Assembly (NCBI GenBank): GCA_036825095.1
Contig: DAISYX010000001.1
Coordinates: 582-64,581 of the forward strand
DNA length: 64,000 nucleotides
Direction of reading: 5' to 3'
Source: Clostridia bacterium
GTDB taxonomy: Bacteria; Bacillota; Clostridia; Christensenellales; Aristaeellaceae
Shown: piece after piece, positions 19,417 to 28,138 of the stretch
Numbering within the stretch: position 1 is the stretch's first letter
Layout: the number at the start of each line of letters is the position of its first letter
Notes under the pieces: generated by a model
Databases searched by the model: none
Told to the model about the DNA's origin: nothing
The model's input: only the letters and a program-made list of their open reading frames with translations
Translations under genes and position numbers: made by a program

Positions 19417-20331
19417 TCAGCCTTTCGTGGTGAGTTTTTTGGCCAAGTATGCGGAGAGGGCGTTCATCAGCACCACCACAATCAACAGCACCACCGCCAC
19501 CGCGAAGGAGGCCCCCACGGCGCGGCCTTCCTCCTGAAGCTTAAACAGGTGCACGGCCAGCGTGCGTCCGGAGTCAGAAAGGCCGGCAATCCGGGTGCCG
19601 GTGCCCGAGGTGAAGACGAGCGCCGCGGTCTCTCCGGAGATGCGGCCGATGGACAGGAGCACCGCGGCCAAAATGCCCGGCATGGCCACGGGCAGCACGA
19701 TGCGCAGGGTGGTGCGCAGCTTGCCGGCGCCAAGGCCATAGCTCCCTTCCCGATAGCTCATGGGCACCCCCATCAGGCTTTCCTCCGTCTGCCTGAGAAT
19801 CAGCGGCAGGGTCATGGTACCAAGGGTGAGGGCGCCCGCCAGCATGGAGATGCCGATCTTCAGGGTGACCACAAACACCAGCATGCCAAACAGCGCGTAG
19901 ATGATGGAAGGAATGCCCGCCAGGGTTTCCGCGGTCACCCGGACAAGCTTGACCAGTTTGCTGGAGGGCTTGGCGTATTCCGCCAGATAGATGCCCCCGC
20001 CCACGCCGATGGGCACGGAGAAAAGCAGGGCCAGCCCCGTCATGCTCAGGGTGTTGATAAGGGCGGGCAGCATGGAGAGGTTGCGGGAGTTATATCTTAA
20101 GGCAAACAGCTCGCTCTTAAAGCGGAAAACCCCCGCCTCGTCCCGGTAGAAGAACTCCGGGATGCCGTTTAAGCAGATGTAAAGCACGATCAACAGCAAA
20201 ATACCCAAGGTGAGGGCGCTTGAAAAGGCGCAGAGCCATTTGAGCGCCCTGGCCCCCCAGCGCGGGCGGCTGCGGGCGGGCACGGAGATGTCCGGCGCGC
20301 CCGTCTGGCCGGCTTTCATATTCACGCTCAT
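19417..20331 (-). CDS. pstA: Phosphate ABC transporter permease PstA
   Basis: Multi-TM permease with the [13 protein letters not shown] motif. Its ATG overlaps the end of the pstC frame. Confidence 0.9.
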   Translation of the reverse strand: MSVNMKAGQTGAPDISVPARSRPRWGARALKWLCAFSSALTLGILLLIVLYICLNGIPEFFYRDEAGVFRFKSELFALRYNSRNLSMLPALINTLSMTGLALLFSVPIGVGGGIYLAEYAKPSSKLVKLVRVTAETLAGIPSIIYALFGMLVFVVTLKIGISMLAGALTLGTMTLPLILRQTEESLMGVPMSYREGSYGLGAGKLRTTLRIVLPVAMPGILAAVLLSIGRISGETAALVFTSGTGTRIAGLSDSGRTLAVHLFKLQEEGRAVGASFAVAVVLLIVVVLMNALSAYLAKKLTTKG

Positions 20332-21191
20332 TGCAATACCCTCCTGCGGTTGATGAAGGAAAAGAGAAAGTTAACCGCCATCACCAGGACGAAGAGGACC
20401 AGGCCTGTGGCGATCAGGGATTCCCGGTGCAGATCAGCCGCATAGCCCATTTCCAGCAGCACGTTCACCGTCAGCGTCCGCACCCCCTGCAAAATGCCTG
20501 AGGGCAGACGGGCCTAGTTGCCCGCCACCATTAAAACGGCGGTGGTCTCCCCGATGGCGCGGCCCAGCCCCAGCACGATGCCTGAGAGGATGCCGGAGCG
20601 GGCGGAGGGCACCACCGCCCGGAACACGCTGGCTTCATGGGTGGCGCCCAGGGCCAGGCTGCCCTCGTAATAGGACTCGGGCACTGCCCGGATGGCGGCC
20701 TCAGAGGTTTGGATGATGGTGGGCAGGATCATAATCGCCAGCAGAACGGAGGCCACGAATATGCTAAGCCCGTCGCCGCCTAAGGTGTTGCGGGTGAAGG
20801 GCACCAGGAGCATCAGGCCAAAGAAGCCGTAGACCACCGAGGGGATGCCGGCCAGGAGGGCCACCGCCGGCTTCATCAGCCGCACTGCTTTGTTTGAGGC
20901 GAAGCGCGCCATCATGATGGCGGTTAATACGCCAATGGGGGCGCCCAGGAGCAGGGCGCCCAGCGTGATGACAAAGGAACCCACGATCATGGGCAGAATG
21001 CCAAAGATATTGCGCAATGGGGCCCACTGGGTGCCTGAGATAAAATCAATCAGGGAGGACTGACGGAAGAAGGGCAGGCCGTTGGCGATAAGAAAAAAGC
21101 AGATCACCCCTACCGCCAAAATACAGACGCATGCGGAAGCCAGAAACAGCCCCCGCATGAGCCCTTCGGAAACGCTTTTCCGATGATGCAT
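20328..21191 (-). pseudogene. pstC: Phosphate ABC transporter permease PstC interrupted by one in-frame TAG (plus-strand cta at 20514-20516)
   Basis: ORF 20514..21191 ends ...TAVLMVAGN*. The same frame continues ARLPSGILQGVRTLTVNVLLEMGYA...FINRRRVLQ to a TGA overlapping the pstA ATG. Total length would be 287 codons, as expected for PstC. Confidence 0.85.
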
Positions 21192-21196
21192 AAGGA

Positions 21197-22057
21197 TTAT
21201 TGATTCAGTTCGGCCCAGGTGGTGACCTCACCTGTGAACACCTGGTGCACCTGCTGGATGGTGATGTCATCCAGGGGGTTTGCAAGGTTGACCACCACGG
21301 CGATGCCATCGGTGCCGATGACGATGCCCAGAGCGCCCTTTTCCACTTCGCTGTCCTTGAGCTCCCGGGAAGCCATGCCGATGTCATAGGTGCCGTCCAG
21401 GGCGCCGGTGACGCCGGCGGAGGAGCCGGTGGACTGCACTTCAACCAGAACGTCCGGGTTGAGGGCCATGTACGCTTCGGCCAGAATCTCCATCACAGGG
21501 GCCACGGAGGTGGAGCCGCCCACAGTCAGGCTGCCGGAAAGGGCTGCGGCCTGATAGCCGGGGGTTTCAGCGGTGGCGCCGGACACCAGACCGTCATCCG
21601 CCACGACGGCCTGACCTTCCTGGCTTAAGATGAAGCTGAGGAAGTCGACAACCAGGGGATTTTCGGACTCACCGTTGGTCACCACGCTGAAGGGACGGGC
21701 GATTTTGTAGCTGCCGTCCAGGATGTTTTCGGTGCTGGCTTCCACGCCTTCCACCTTGAGGGCCTTGACGGTGTCATTGTGAAGGACCGAGGAAAGGGAG
21801 GCGTAGCCGACGGCGGCATCGTTGCCGGCCACGGTGGTGAGCACCAGGTTGGTGCTGTTGGAGATGATGGCTTCCAGATAGGTGTTGTCCACATCATCAA
21901 CCAGAACGCCGGTCAGCTCCACAAAGGCGCCGCGGGTGCCGCTGCCCTCTTCACGGGAGACGACGGAGATGGTTTTGGAAGCGTCAAACTCTGCCAGCGC
22001 AATGGCGCTAAGGGCGGTGAGGGCCAGGGTCAGGGCCAGGATTTTACGGATTTTCAC
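21197..22057 (-). CDS. pstS: Phosphate ABC transporter substrate-binding protein PstS
   Basis: SVVSREEGSGTRGAF and GSTSV motifs. GTG start at 22055-22057 lies 10 nt after AGGAGG and gives a signal peptide VKIRKILALTLALTALSAIALA. Confidence 0.9.
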   Translation of the reverse strand: MKIRKILALTLALTALSAIALAEFDASKTISVVSREEGSGTRGAFVELTGVLVDDVDNTYLEAIISNSTNLVLTTVAGNDAAVGYASLSSVLHNDTVKALKVEGVEASTENILDGSYKIARPFSVVTNGESENPLVVDFLSFILSQEGQAVVADDGLVSGATAETPGYQAAALSGSLTVGGSTSVAPVMEILAEAYMALNPDVLVEVQSTGSSAGVTGALDGTYDIGMASRELKDSEVEKGALGIVIGTDGIAVVVNLANPLDDITIQQVHQVFTGEVTTWAELNQ

Positions 22058-22106
22058 GAATCGTTTTCCTCCTTGAACGTGATCCGGTATCACCATACCC
22101 GGCCCG

Positions 22107-22145
22107 TGTAAAACCATGTTTAGGCGAAGGTAAATTCGGTGTAAA
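22107..22145 (-). promoter_or_regulatory. Four Pho-box-like direct repeats (TTTACA / TTTACC / TAAACA / TTTACA) at spacing of about 11 bp upstream of pstS
   Basis: On the minus strand: TTTACAccgaaTTTACCttcgccTAAACAtggtTTTACA, followed by a TATGGT -10 candidate. This matches the TT(A/T/C)ACA repeat logic of Firmicute PhoP sites. Confidence 0.65.
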
Positions 22146-22175
22146 TTCCGCATCCGGAGGAAAAGAAAAGGCGGC

Positions 22176-23321
22176 TTAGATCACCTCTTCCCCCAGCACC
22201 AGGACCTTCACCGGCCTTGAGGAAAGCAGGAAGGGGTCCGCTTCAAAAAGAAGGATATCCGCATCCTTGCCCGCCTCCAGGCTGCCAACGCGCCCCTGGA
22301 TGCCGCAGTGGCGGGCGGGGTTGATGGTGATGGCCTGCAGGGCGTGGAAGGGGTCCATGCCGGACTTGATGGCCAGGGCTGCGCACAGGGGCAGGTATTC
22401 CTGGGGGATCACCGGGGCGTCCGTGATGATGGACACCTGGCAGCCTGCCCTGGCCAGGACGCCGGGGGTGTCAAAGGTTTTGTTGCGCAGCTCAAACTTG
22501 CTGGCGTGGGTGAGGGAGGGGCCGATGGCCAGGGGGATGTTCTCCTTCACCAGATGGCTGGTGATCAGATGGCCCTCGGTGACATGCTCCAGGGTGATGG
22601 CCAGATTGAACTCCCGGGCGATGCGGATGGCGGTGAAGATGTCCTCGGTGGCATGGGCGTGGGCCTTTAAAGGAAGCTGACCGCTTAACACCGGCAGCAG
22701 GGCTTCCAGCTTCATGTCAAAGGGGGGCTGTTTTCCCAGGTCCTCCCCCGCGGCCGTCTTTCTGTTCCCGTACTCCCGGGCTTTGAAGAGCATTTCCCGC
22801 AATTTGGCGGCGGTGGTCATGCGGCTGGAGTCCGTCTTGTCCCGGTAGACCCGTTTGGGGTTCTCGCCAAAGGCGCATTTCATGGCGGTCTCCCGCTTGA
22901 CCACCATGTCATCCGCGCGGGTGCCCACGGTTTTCATGGCCACAAAGGTTCCGCCCAGGACATTGGCGCTGCCGGGGCCGGTGTTCACCGTGGTGACCCC
23001 GGCCAGGGCCGCCTCCCTTAAGGTGGGCTGAAGGGGCTTGAAGCCGTCGATGCCCCGCAGCTGGGGGCTTAGGATATCGTTGAGCTCATTGTAGTCCGTG
23101 CCCTCATAGCCGATGCCATAGCCGTCCATGCCCAGATGGCTGTGGGCGTCGATGAAGCCGGGATAGACCAAAAGCCCCCGGGCGTCTGTCACCCGGGCGT
23201 TTTCAGGCGGCTGGATCCGGGGCTCAATGCGCTTGATTTTGCCCCCTTCCACCAGGATGTCCGCCTGGTAGCCTTCCTGCCGGATGCCGTCGTGGATTTC
23301 TCCGCCTTTGATGATAAGCAT
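22176..23321 (-). CDS. Metal-dependent amidohydrolase family protein
   Basis: GFIDAHSHLG metal-binding motif near the N-terminus and a C-terminal GSLEAGKDADI motif. Confidence 0.75.
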   Translation of the reverse strand: MLIIKGGEIHDGIRQEGYQADILVEGGKIKRIEPRIQPPENARVTDARGLLVYPGFIDAHSHLGMDGYGIGYEGTDYNELNDILSPQLRGIDGFKPLQPTLREAALAGVTTVNTGPGSANVLGGTFVAMKTVGTRADDMVVKRETAMKCAFGENPKRVYRDKTDSSRMTTAAKLREMLFKAREYGNRKTAAGEDLGKQPPFDMKLEALLPVLSGQLPLKAHAHATEDIFTAIRIAREFNLAITLEHVTEGHLITSHLVKENIPLAIGPSLTHASKFELRNKTFDTPGVLARAGCQVSIITDAPVIPQEYLPLCAALAIKSGMDPFHALQAITINPARHCGIQGRVGSLEAGKDADILLFEADPFLLSSRPVKVLVLGEEVI

Positions 23322-23353
23322 TGTTTTACCTCCAATAATTGTCTGAATGTATG

Positions 23354-24967
23354 TTACAGGCAGCCAGCCTGGGCGTTTTCCATCATCATCCGGGCGCAGC
23401 GAAGGCCGTCCACCGCCGCGGACATGATGCCCCCGGCACGGCCCGCGCCCTCCCCCGCGGGGTAGACGCCGGGCAGGCTGCCCCGGAACCGGGCGTCCCT
23501 GTGGGCCTGCACCGGGCAGGAGGAGCGGGTTTCAACGCCGGTCAACACCGCGTCCGCCCGGGCAAAGCCCTTAAGCCGCCGGTCAAAATGCTCAATGGCC
23601 TCCCGGATGCCCCGGAGCACAAAGTCCGGCAGCAGGGGGGCAAGGTCCGTTAAGGTATGTCCGGGCAGGATGGTGGGGGAAACCTCCCCCAGGGCACGGG
23701 AAGGCCGGCCTGCCAAAAAGTCGCCCACCAGCTGCACCGGGGCCCGGTATCCCCCGCCGCCTGAAGCAAAGGCTTTTTTCTCGTGCTGCTCTTGAAAGGC
23801 AAAGCCGCTTAAGGGATCATCCCCCCGCATATAGTCCTCCGGGCGCACATCCACCAAAAGGGCCGCGTTGGCGTTGCGGCCGTCTCTTAAGTAGGGGCTC
23901 ATGCCGTTGACGCAGAGCATCCCCTCCTGGCTGGCGGCGGGCACCACCTGCCCGCCGGGGCACATGCAGAAGGTATAGGCGCCCCGCCCCTGGGAAGTGC
24001 GCATGGCCAGGTGATATTCCGCCGGGGGCAGAAGGCCGCTTTGGGCCAGCTTGCCATACTGGGCCTGGTCCACCAGCCCCTGGGGGTGCTCGATGCGAAG
24101 GCCCATGGAGAAGGGTTTGGAGGAGAAGGCAAGCCCCGCCTGATGCAAGCGGGTGATGGTGTCCCGGGCGGAGTGGCCCAGGGCCAGCAGCAGGGCGTCA
24201 CAGGGCTGCTCCTTTAGTTCCCCCTGATAATGATAACGAAAGCCGATCAGCCGCCCCTTGTCATGCACCGCGTCCATCAGCTTGGCCCCAAACAGCACCC
24301 GGCCGCCCAGGGCCTCAATTTCCCCGCGGATGGAGGCCACCACCTGGGGCAGGCGGTCGGTGCCCACGTGGGGGCGGGAGAGATAGAGGATATCCTCCGG
24401 CGCGCCGTGCTGCCACAGGGTTTCCAGCACCTGGCGGCAGTGGGCCTTGCTGATGCCGGTGGTGAGCTTGCCATCAGAAAAGGCGCCGGCGCCCCCTTCG
24501 CCAAACAGCAGGTTGCTCTCCGGGTTTAAAACTCCGGTCTTCAAAAATTGCCGGGCGGTCTCCCTGCGGGCGTCCACCGGCTCGCCCCGCTCCAGCACCA
24601 GGGGAGAAAGGCCTGCCCTGGCCAGCAGAAGGGCGGCAAACAGGCCGCAGGGGCCCAAGCCCGCCACCACCGGACGGAAGGCCGCCTGGGTTTTGGGCCA
24701 GGGGATGGGTTGGGAGGGGGGCGCCCATTGCCCGGCGTCCGGGGATAGGCGGCTTAAAAGGGCTTTTTCATCCCCTGCCAGGGTGATCTCCAGGCTGTAA
24801 ACCAGGCGGATGTCCCCCTTGTCCCGGGCGTCCACGCTTTTTTTGAGGATGCGGCGGCTGATCACCTCCGCTTCCCGGACCCTCAGGCGCGCAAGCGCCG
24901 CCTGAAAAGCGGCCTGATCCGCTTTGGGTACAGGCCGTATCCTGATGTCGTTTATCCTGATGGGCAT
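23354..24967 (-). CDS. FAD-dependent protein (uncharacterised NAD(FAD)-utilising dehydrogenase family)
   Basis: VVAGLGPCGLFAALLLA dinucleotide fold after an N-terminal domain of about 90 aa. C-terminal PAGEGAGRAGGIMSAAVDG motif. Confidence 0.7.
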   Translation of the reverse strand: MPIRINDIRIRPVPKADQAAFQAALARLRVREAEVISRRILKKSVDARDKGDIRLVYSLEITLAGDEKALLSRLSPDAGQWAPPSQPIPWPKTQAAFRPVVAGLGPCGLFAALLLARAGLSPLVLERGEPVDARRETARQFLKTGVLNPESNLLFGEGGAGAFSDGKLTTGISKAHCRQVLETLWQHGAPEDILYLSRPHVGTDRLPQVVASIRGEIEALGGRVLFGAKLMDAVHDKGRLIGFRYHYQGELKEQPCDALLLALGHSARDTITRLHQAGLAFSSKPFSMGLRIEHPQGLVDQAQYGKLAQSGLLPPAEYHLAMRTSQGRGAYTFCMCPGGQVVPAASQEGMLCVNGMSPYLRDGRNANAALLVDVRPEDYMRGDDPLSGFAFQEQHEKKAFASGGGGYRAPVQLVGDFLAGRPSRALGEVSPTILPGHTLTDLAPLLPDFVLRGIREAIEHFDRRLKGFARADAVLTGVETRSSCPVQAHRDARFRGSLPGVYPAGEGAGRAGGIMSAAVDGLRCARMMMENAQAGCL

Positions 24968-24986
24968 GGTTCATCTCCCGAAAAAA

Positions 24987-25337
24987 TCATGGTTTGCATC
25001 GCTTGCAGGGCTCAAAGCCCAGGCCGATGGCTTCCTGCCGGCTTATCTGCCGGGGGTCACGCATGCCGGAGCAGCCGGCGTGGCTGTGGAATTTCTTTCC
25101 GGATTTGGGGATCCATACCATGCCTTCAGCGCTTTTATGGTCTTCCTGACAGATGGCAGTCAGCTCCAAAAGCCAAAGATCCCGGTCTTTATCCGGCAGC
25201 TCATCCAGATATTTTCTGAAGGCGCTGAATTGAGTGTCCAGGCTTTGGCCGGAATTTATGCTGAGATGGCCTCCCGCAGCCAGAGCGGTGGAGAGGACCA
25301 ACAGCAGAATCAGTGCGATTTTTGCTGCCCTTTTCAT
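24987..25337 (-). CDS. Small exported or membrane-anchored protein with a C-terminal His/Cys metal-binding motif (Ada-like PCKRC)
   Basis: Signal/anchor MKRAAKIALILLLVLSTALAAG. C-terminus KFHSHAGCSGMRDPRQISRQEAIGLGFEPCKRCKP. ATG 25337 follows GAGGAG. Confidence 0.6.
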   Translation of the reverse strand: MKRAAKIALILLLVLSTALAAGGHLSINSGQSLDTQFSAFRKYLDELPDKDRDLWLLELTAICQEDHKSAEGMVWIPKSGKKFHSHAGCSGMRDPRQISRQEAIGLGFEPCKRCKP

Positions 25338-25479
25338 TCTGTACTCCTCTAAAAGTATTCCTGTCTGGATATTGTAGGGCATGCCCCTTAAGAATACAAG
25401 GATTTTCCCGCCCCGCGGTTTGACAGCCCGCCCGGCGGTTTGCTAAGATGCGGTGAAAACAAGCGCGACGGGAGATAAG

Positions 25480-26559
25480 ATGCGAGAATTTTTAGCCCTG
25501 GTTCTCACCGGCCTTCTGGCCTTTTCCTGGCTGCCCGCGGGGGCCATTGAAGAGGAGGTGGTGGAAGTCGTGATCACCCTGGCGGGGGACTGCACCCTGG
25601 GCAGCGAGGAGCACACCCGCAGGAACCTGCTTTCTTTTGACAGCTTTGTCGCCGCCCGGGGCTATGGCTACCCTTTTGCCAGGGTGCAGTCCCTCTTCGC
25701 CCATGACGACGTGACGGTGATCAACCTGGAGGGTGTGTTCTATGACCACTCCGCCAACCGGGCGGAGAAAACCTATAATTTCAGAGGCCCCACGGATTTT
25801 GCGCAAATCCTGCCTGCAGGCAGCGTGGAGGCGGTGTTTGTGGGCAACAACCACATCATCGACTACGGCATCCAGGGCTTCAGGAGCACCATTGCCGCCC
25901 TTGAAGCGGTGGGGGTGCCCTGGTTTGCCACCACCAATATGCTGAACAACACCTGGATTTTTGAAAAAGAGGGCTTCAAGGTGGGCTTCACCGGGGCCTA
26001 CAGCGCCACCTTTGGCGGCTTCAGGAAACAGATGGAAAAGGACATGCAAACCTTAAAGGACGCGGGATGTGACGCCATTGTGGCGGTGATGCACGCGGGG
26101 AGGGAATACAGCCCCGTGCGGGTCCAGTCGCAGGAGCGTCTGGCGGCCTGGTATGTCAGAAACGGCGCCACCCTGGTGGTGGGGCACCACCCCCATGTGG
26201 TTCAGGGGATGGAGGTCACAGACGGCGCCTCCATCATCTATTCCCTGGGCAATTTCTCCTTTGGCGGCAACGCCAAACTCAGGGCCACCCAGGCGCTTTT
26301 GGCCCAGGTGACCCTGCGCTTCAGCCGGGAGGCGGGCTACCTGGGCCATCAGGTGAACCTGATCCCGGCTTGCCCCTCCGGCACGCTGGAATACAATAAC
26401 TTCCAGCCCGTCATCCTAAGGGGCCGGGAGGCCCGGGCGGTGATGGAGCTGGTGCAGCATGACAGCCCCTTTGAGCTGGCCCCCTATATCGAGGGCCTGG
26501 GCGCCCTGCAGCCCTTTGTGCCCGCGCCAAAGCCGGAAACCGCCCTTAAAACTGAATAA
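25480..26559 (+). CDS. CapA-family (PGA_cap metallophosphatase-like) protein
   Basis: Signal peptide, then TLAGDCTLG, VGNNH, VAVMHAGREYS and VVGHHPHVVQG motifs. Confidence 0.75.
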   Translation: MREFLALVLTGLLAFSWLPAGAIEEEVVEVVITLAGDCTLGSEEHTRRNLLSFDSFVAARGYGYPFARVQSLFAHDDVTVINLEGVFYDHSANRAEKTYNFRGPTDFAQILPAGSVEAVFVGNNHIIDYGIQGFRSTIAALEAVGVPWFATTNMLNNTWIFEKEGFKVGFTGAYSATFGGFRKQMEKDMQTLKDAGCDAIVAVMHAGREYSPVRVQSQERLAAWYVRNGATLVVGHHPHVVQGMEVTDGASIIYSLGNFSFGGNAKLRATQALLAQVTLRFSREAGYLGHQVNLIPACPSGTLEYNNFQPVILRGREARAVMELVQHDSPFELAPYIEGLGALQPFVPAPKPETALKTE

Positions 26560-26617
26560 TCGCTCCCGTTCAGGAAACCGTTTTCGTAGTTTTCGTGGCG
26601 TTTGGCGCCGCGTTCTA

Positions 26618-26646
26618 TTGACAAGCCAGCGGCGATTAATTACCAT
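26618..26646 (+). promoter_or_regulatory. Promoter TTGACA-17 nt-TACCAT for the second sugar ABC/GH3 operon
   Basis: TTGACA at 26618-26623 and TACCAT at 26641-26646. Confidence 0.5.
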
Positions 26647-26730
26647 GAAATTGAAGTAACTGAAGGCTAAGAAGAACGTAGCGCCTGCTTGTGGACATGC
26701 GACAACAAAATAAAGAATGGAGAGTGAACC

Positions 26731-28062
26731 ATGATGAAGAAGACTTTATCCCTGTTGGTTGCGCTATCCCTCCTGATGAGCCTGGGGCTTCCCGCCCTGG
26801 CCGGGGAAAAGCAAACCATCAACCTCTGGTCCTTCACGGATGAAGTGCCCACGATGGTTGAGAAGTATCTGGAGTTCAACCCCGACTTTGCTGCCAAGTA
26901 TGATGTGAAGGTCACCATCATCGCCACCACGGACGGCGCGTATCAGCCTGCCCTGGACCAGGCCCTGGCGGCCGGCGGTGCGGACGCGCCTGACATCTAC
27001 GCGGCGGAAGCGGCCTTCGTCCTTAAGTACACCCAGGGCGACGCCTCCAGCTTCGCCGCCCCCTACAAGGACCTGGGCATCGACCTTTCCGCCCTTGAGA
27101 CGGCGGACATCGCCCAGTACACCGTGGACATCGGCACCAACCCGGAGGGAAACCTGGTGGCCCTTGGTTATCAGGCCACCGGCGGCGCCTTCATCTACCG
27201 GCGTTCCATCGCCCAGGAGGTGTTTGGCACGGACGATCCGACCGAGATTGGCGCCAGGATCGGCCCCGGCTGGGACAAGTTCTTTGAAGCGGCCGCTGAG
27301 CTGAAGGCCAAAGGCTACGGCATTGTCTCCGGCGACGGCGATGTCTGGCACGCGGTGGAGAACAGCTCCGAGGCGGGCTGGGTGGTGGACGGCAAGCTCA
27401 ACCTGGATCCCAACCGCGAAGCTTTCCTGGACATCTCCATGCAGCTTAAGGAAGAGGATTTCTATAACGACACCCAGGACTGGACGGACGCCTGGTTTGC
27501 GGACATGAAGGGCGAGGGCGCCAAGGGCGTCTTCGGCTACTTCGGCCCTGCCTGGCTGATCAACTACGTCATGGCCGACAACTCCGGCGGCAGCGCGCCC
27601 GGTGAAGGCACCTACGGCGACTGGGCCGTGTGCGAGCCGCCGGTGGGCTTTTTCTGGGGCGGCACCTGGGTTCTGGCGAATGCCGCCAGCGAGAAAAAGG
27701 AAGCCGTGGGTGAGATCATCAACTGGATTACCCTGGACGCCTCGGAAGAGGGCCTGCAATATCACTGGGCCAACGGCACCCTCCACGGCGAAGGCGGCAC
27801 CAAGGATTCCGTGGCCTCCGGCGCTGTGATGGCCAAGTCTGACGGTTCCCTGGAATTCCTGGGCGGGCAGAATATGTTTGACGTGTTTGTCCCGGCCAAC
27901 GCGTTTGCCAATGGCAAGAACCTGACCCAGTACGACGAGACCATCAACCGCTTCTGGCGTGACAGCGTCCGGATGTACACCTCCGGCCAGATCAGCCGCG
28001 AGGAGGCGGTGGAGCAGTTTAAACAGAATGTCGCTGACAACCTGGACGTGATCGTGGAATAA
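26731..28062 (+). CDS. Carbohydrate ABC transporter substrate-binding protein
   Basis: Signal peptide MMKKTLSLLVALSLLMSLGLPALAG. Solute-binding-protein size and composition. Confidence 0.8.
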   Translation: MMKKTLSLLVALSLLMSLGLPALAGEKQTINLWSFTDEVPTMVEKYLEFNPDFAAKYDVKVTIIATTDGAYQPALDQALAAGGADAPDIYAAEAAFVLKYTQGDASSFAAPYKDLGIDLSALETADIAQYTVDIGTNPEGNLVALGYQATGGAFIYRRSIAQEVFGTDDPTEIGARIGPGWDKFFEAAAELKAKGYGIVSGDGDVWHAVENSSEAGWVVDGKLNLDPNREAFLDISMQLKEEDFYNDTQDWTDAWFADMKGEGAKGVFGYFGPAWLINYVMADNSGGSAPGEGTYGDWAVCEPPVGFFWGGTWVLANAASEKKEAVGEIINWITLDASEEGLQYHWANGTLHGEGGTKDSVASGAVMAKSDGSLEFLGGQNMFDVFVPANAFANGKNLTQYDETINRFWRDSVRMYTSGQISREEAVEQFKQNVADNLDVIVE

Positions 28063-28138
28063 TCCGGTACCTGGTCGCCGCGGGAACGGGATTGGCCCGT
28101 TTCCGCGGCGTTTCTTCAATCCGCAAAGGAGTGATTTT

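Noticed and set aside
20514-20516. The TAG in pstC decoded as pyrrolysine, or as a sign of a reassigned genetic code.
   Set aside because: TAG is used as an ordinary terminator by other genes in the window. No pyl genes or methylamine methyltransferase context are visible. A permease loop is not a plausible Pyl site. It is kept only as a remote alternative inside the pstC finding.
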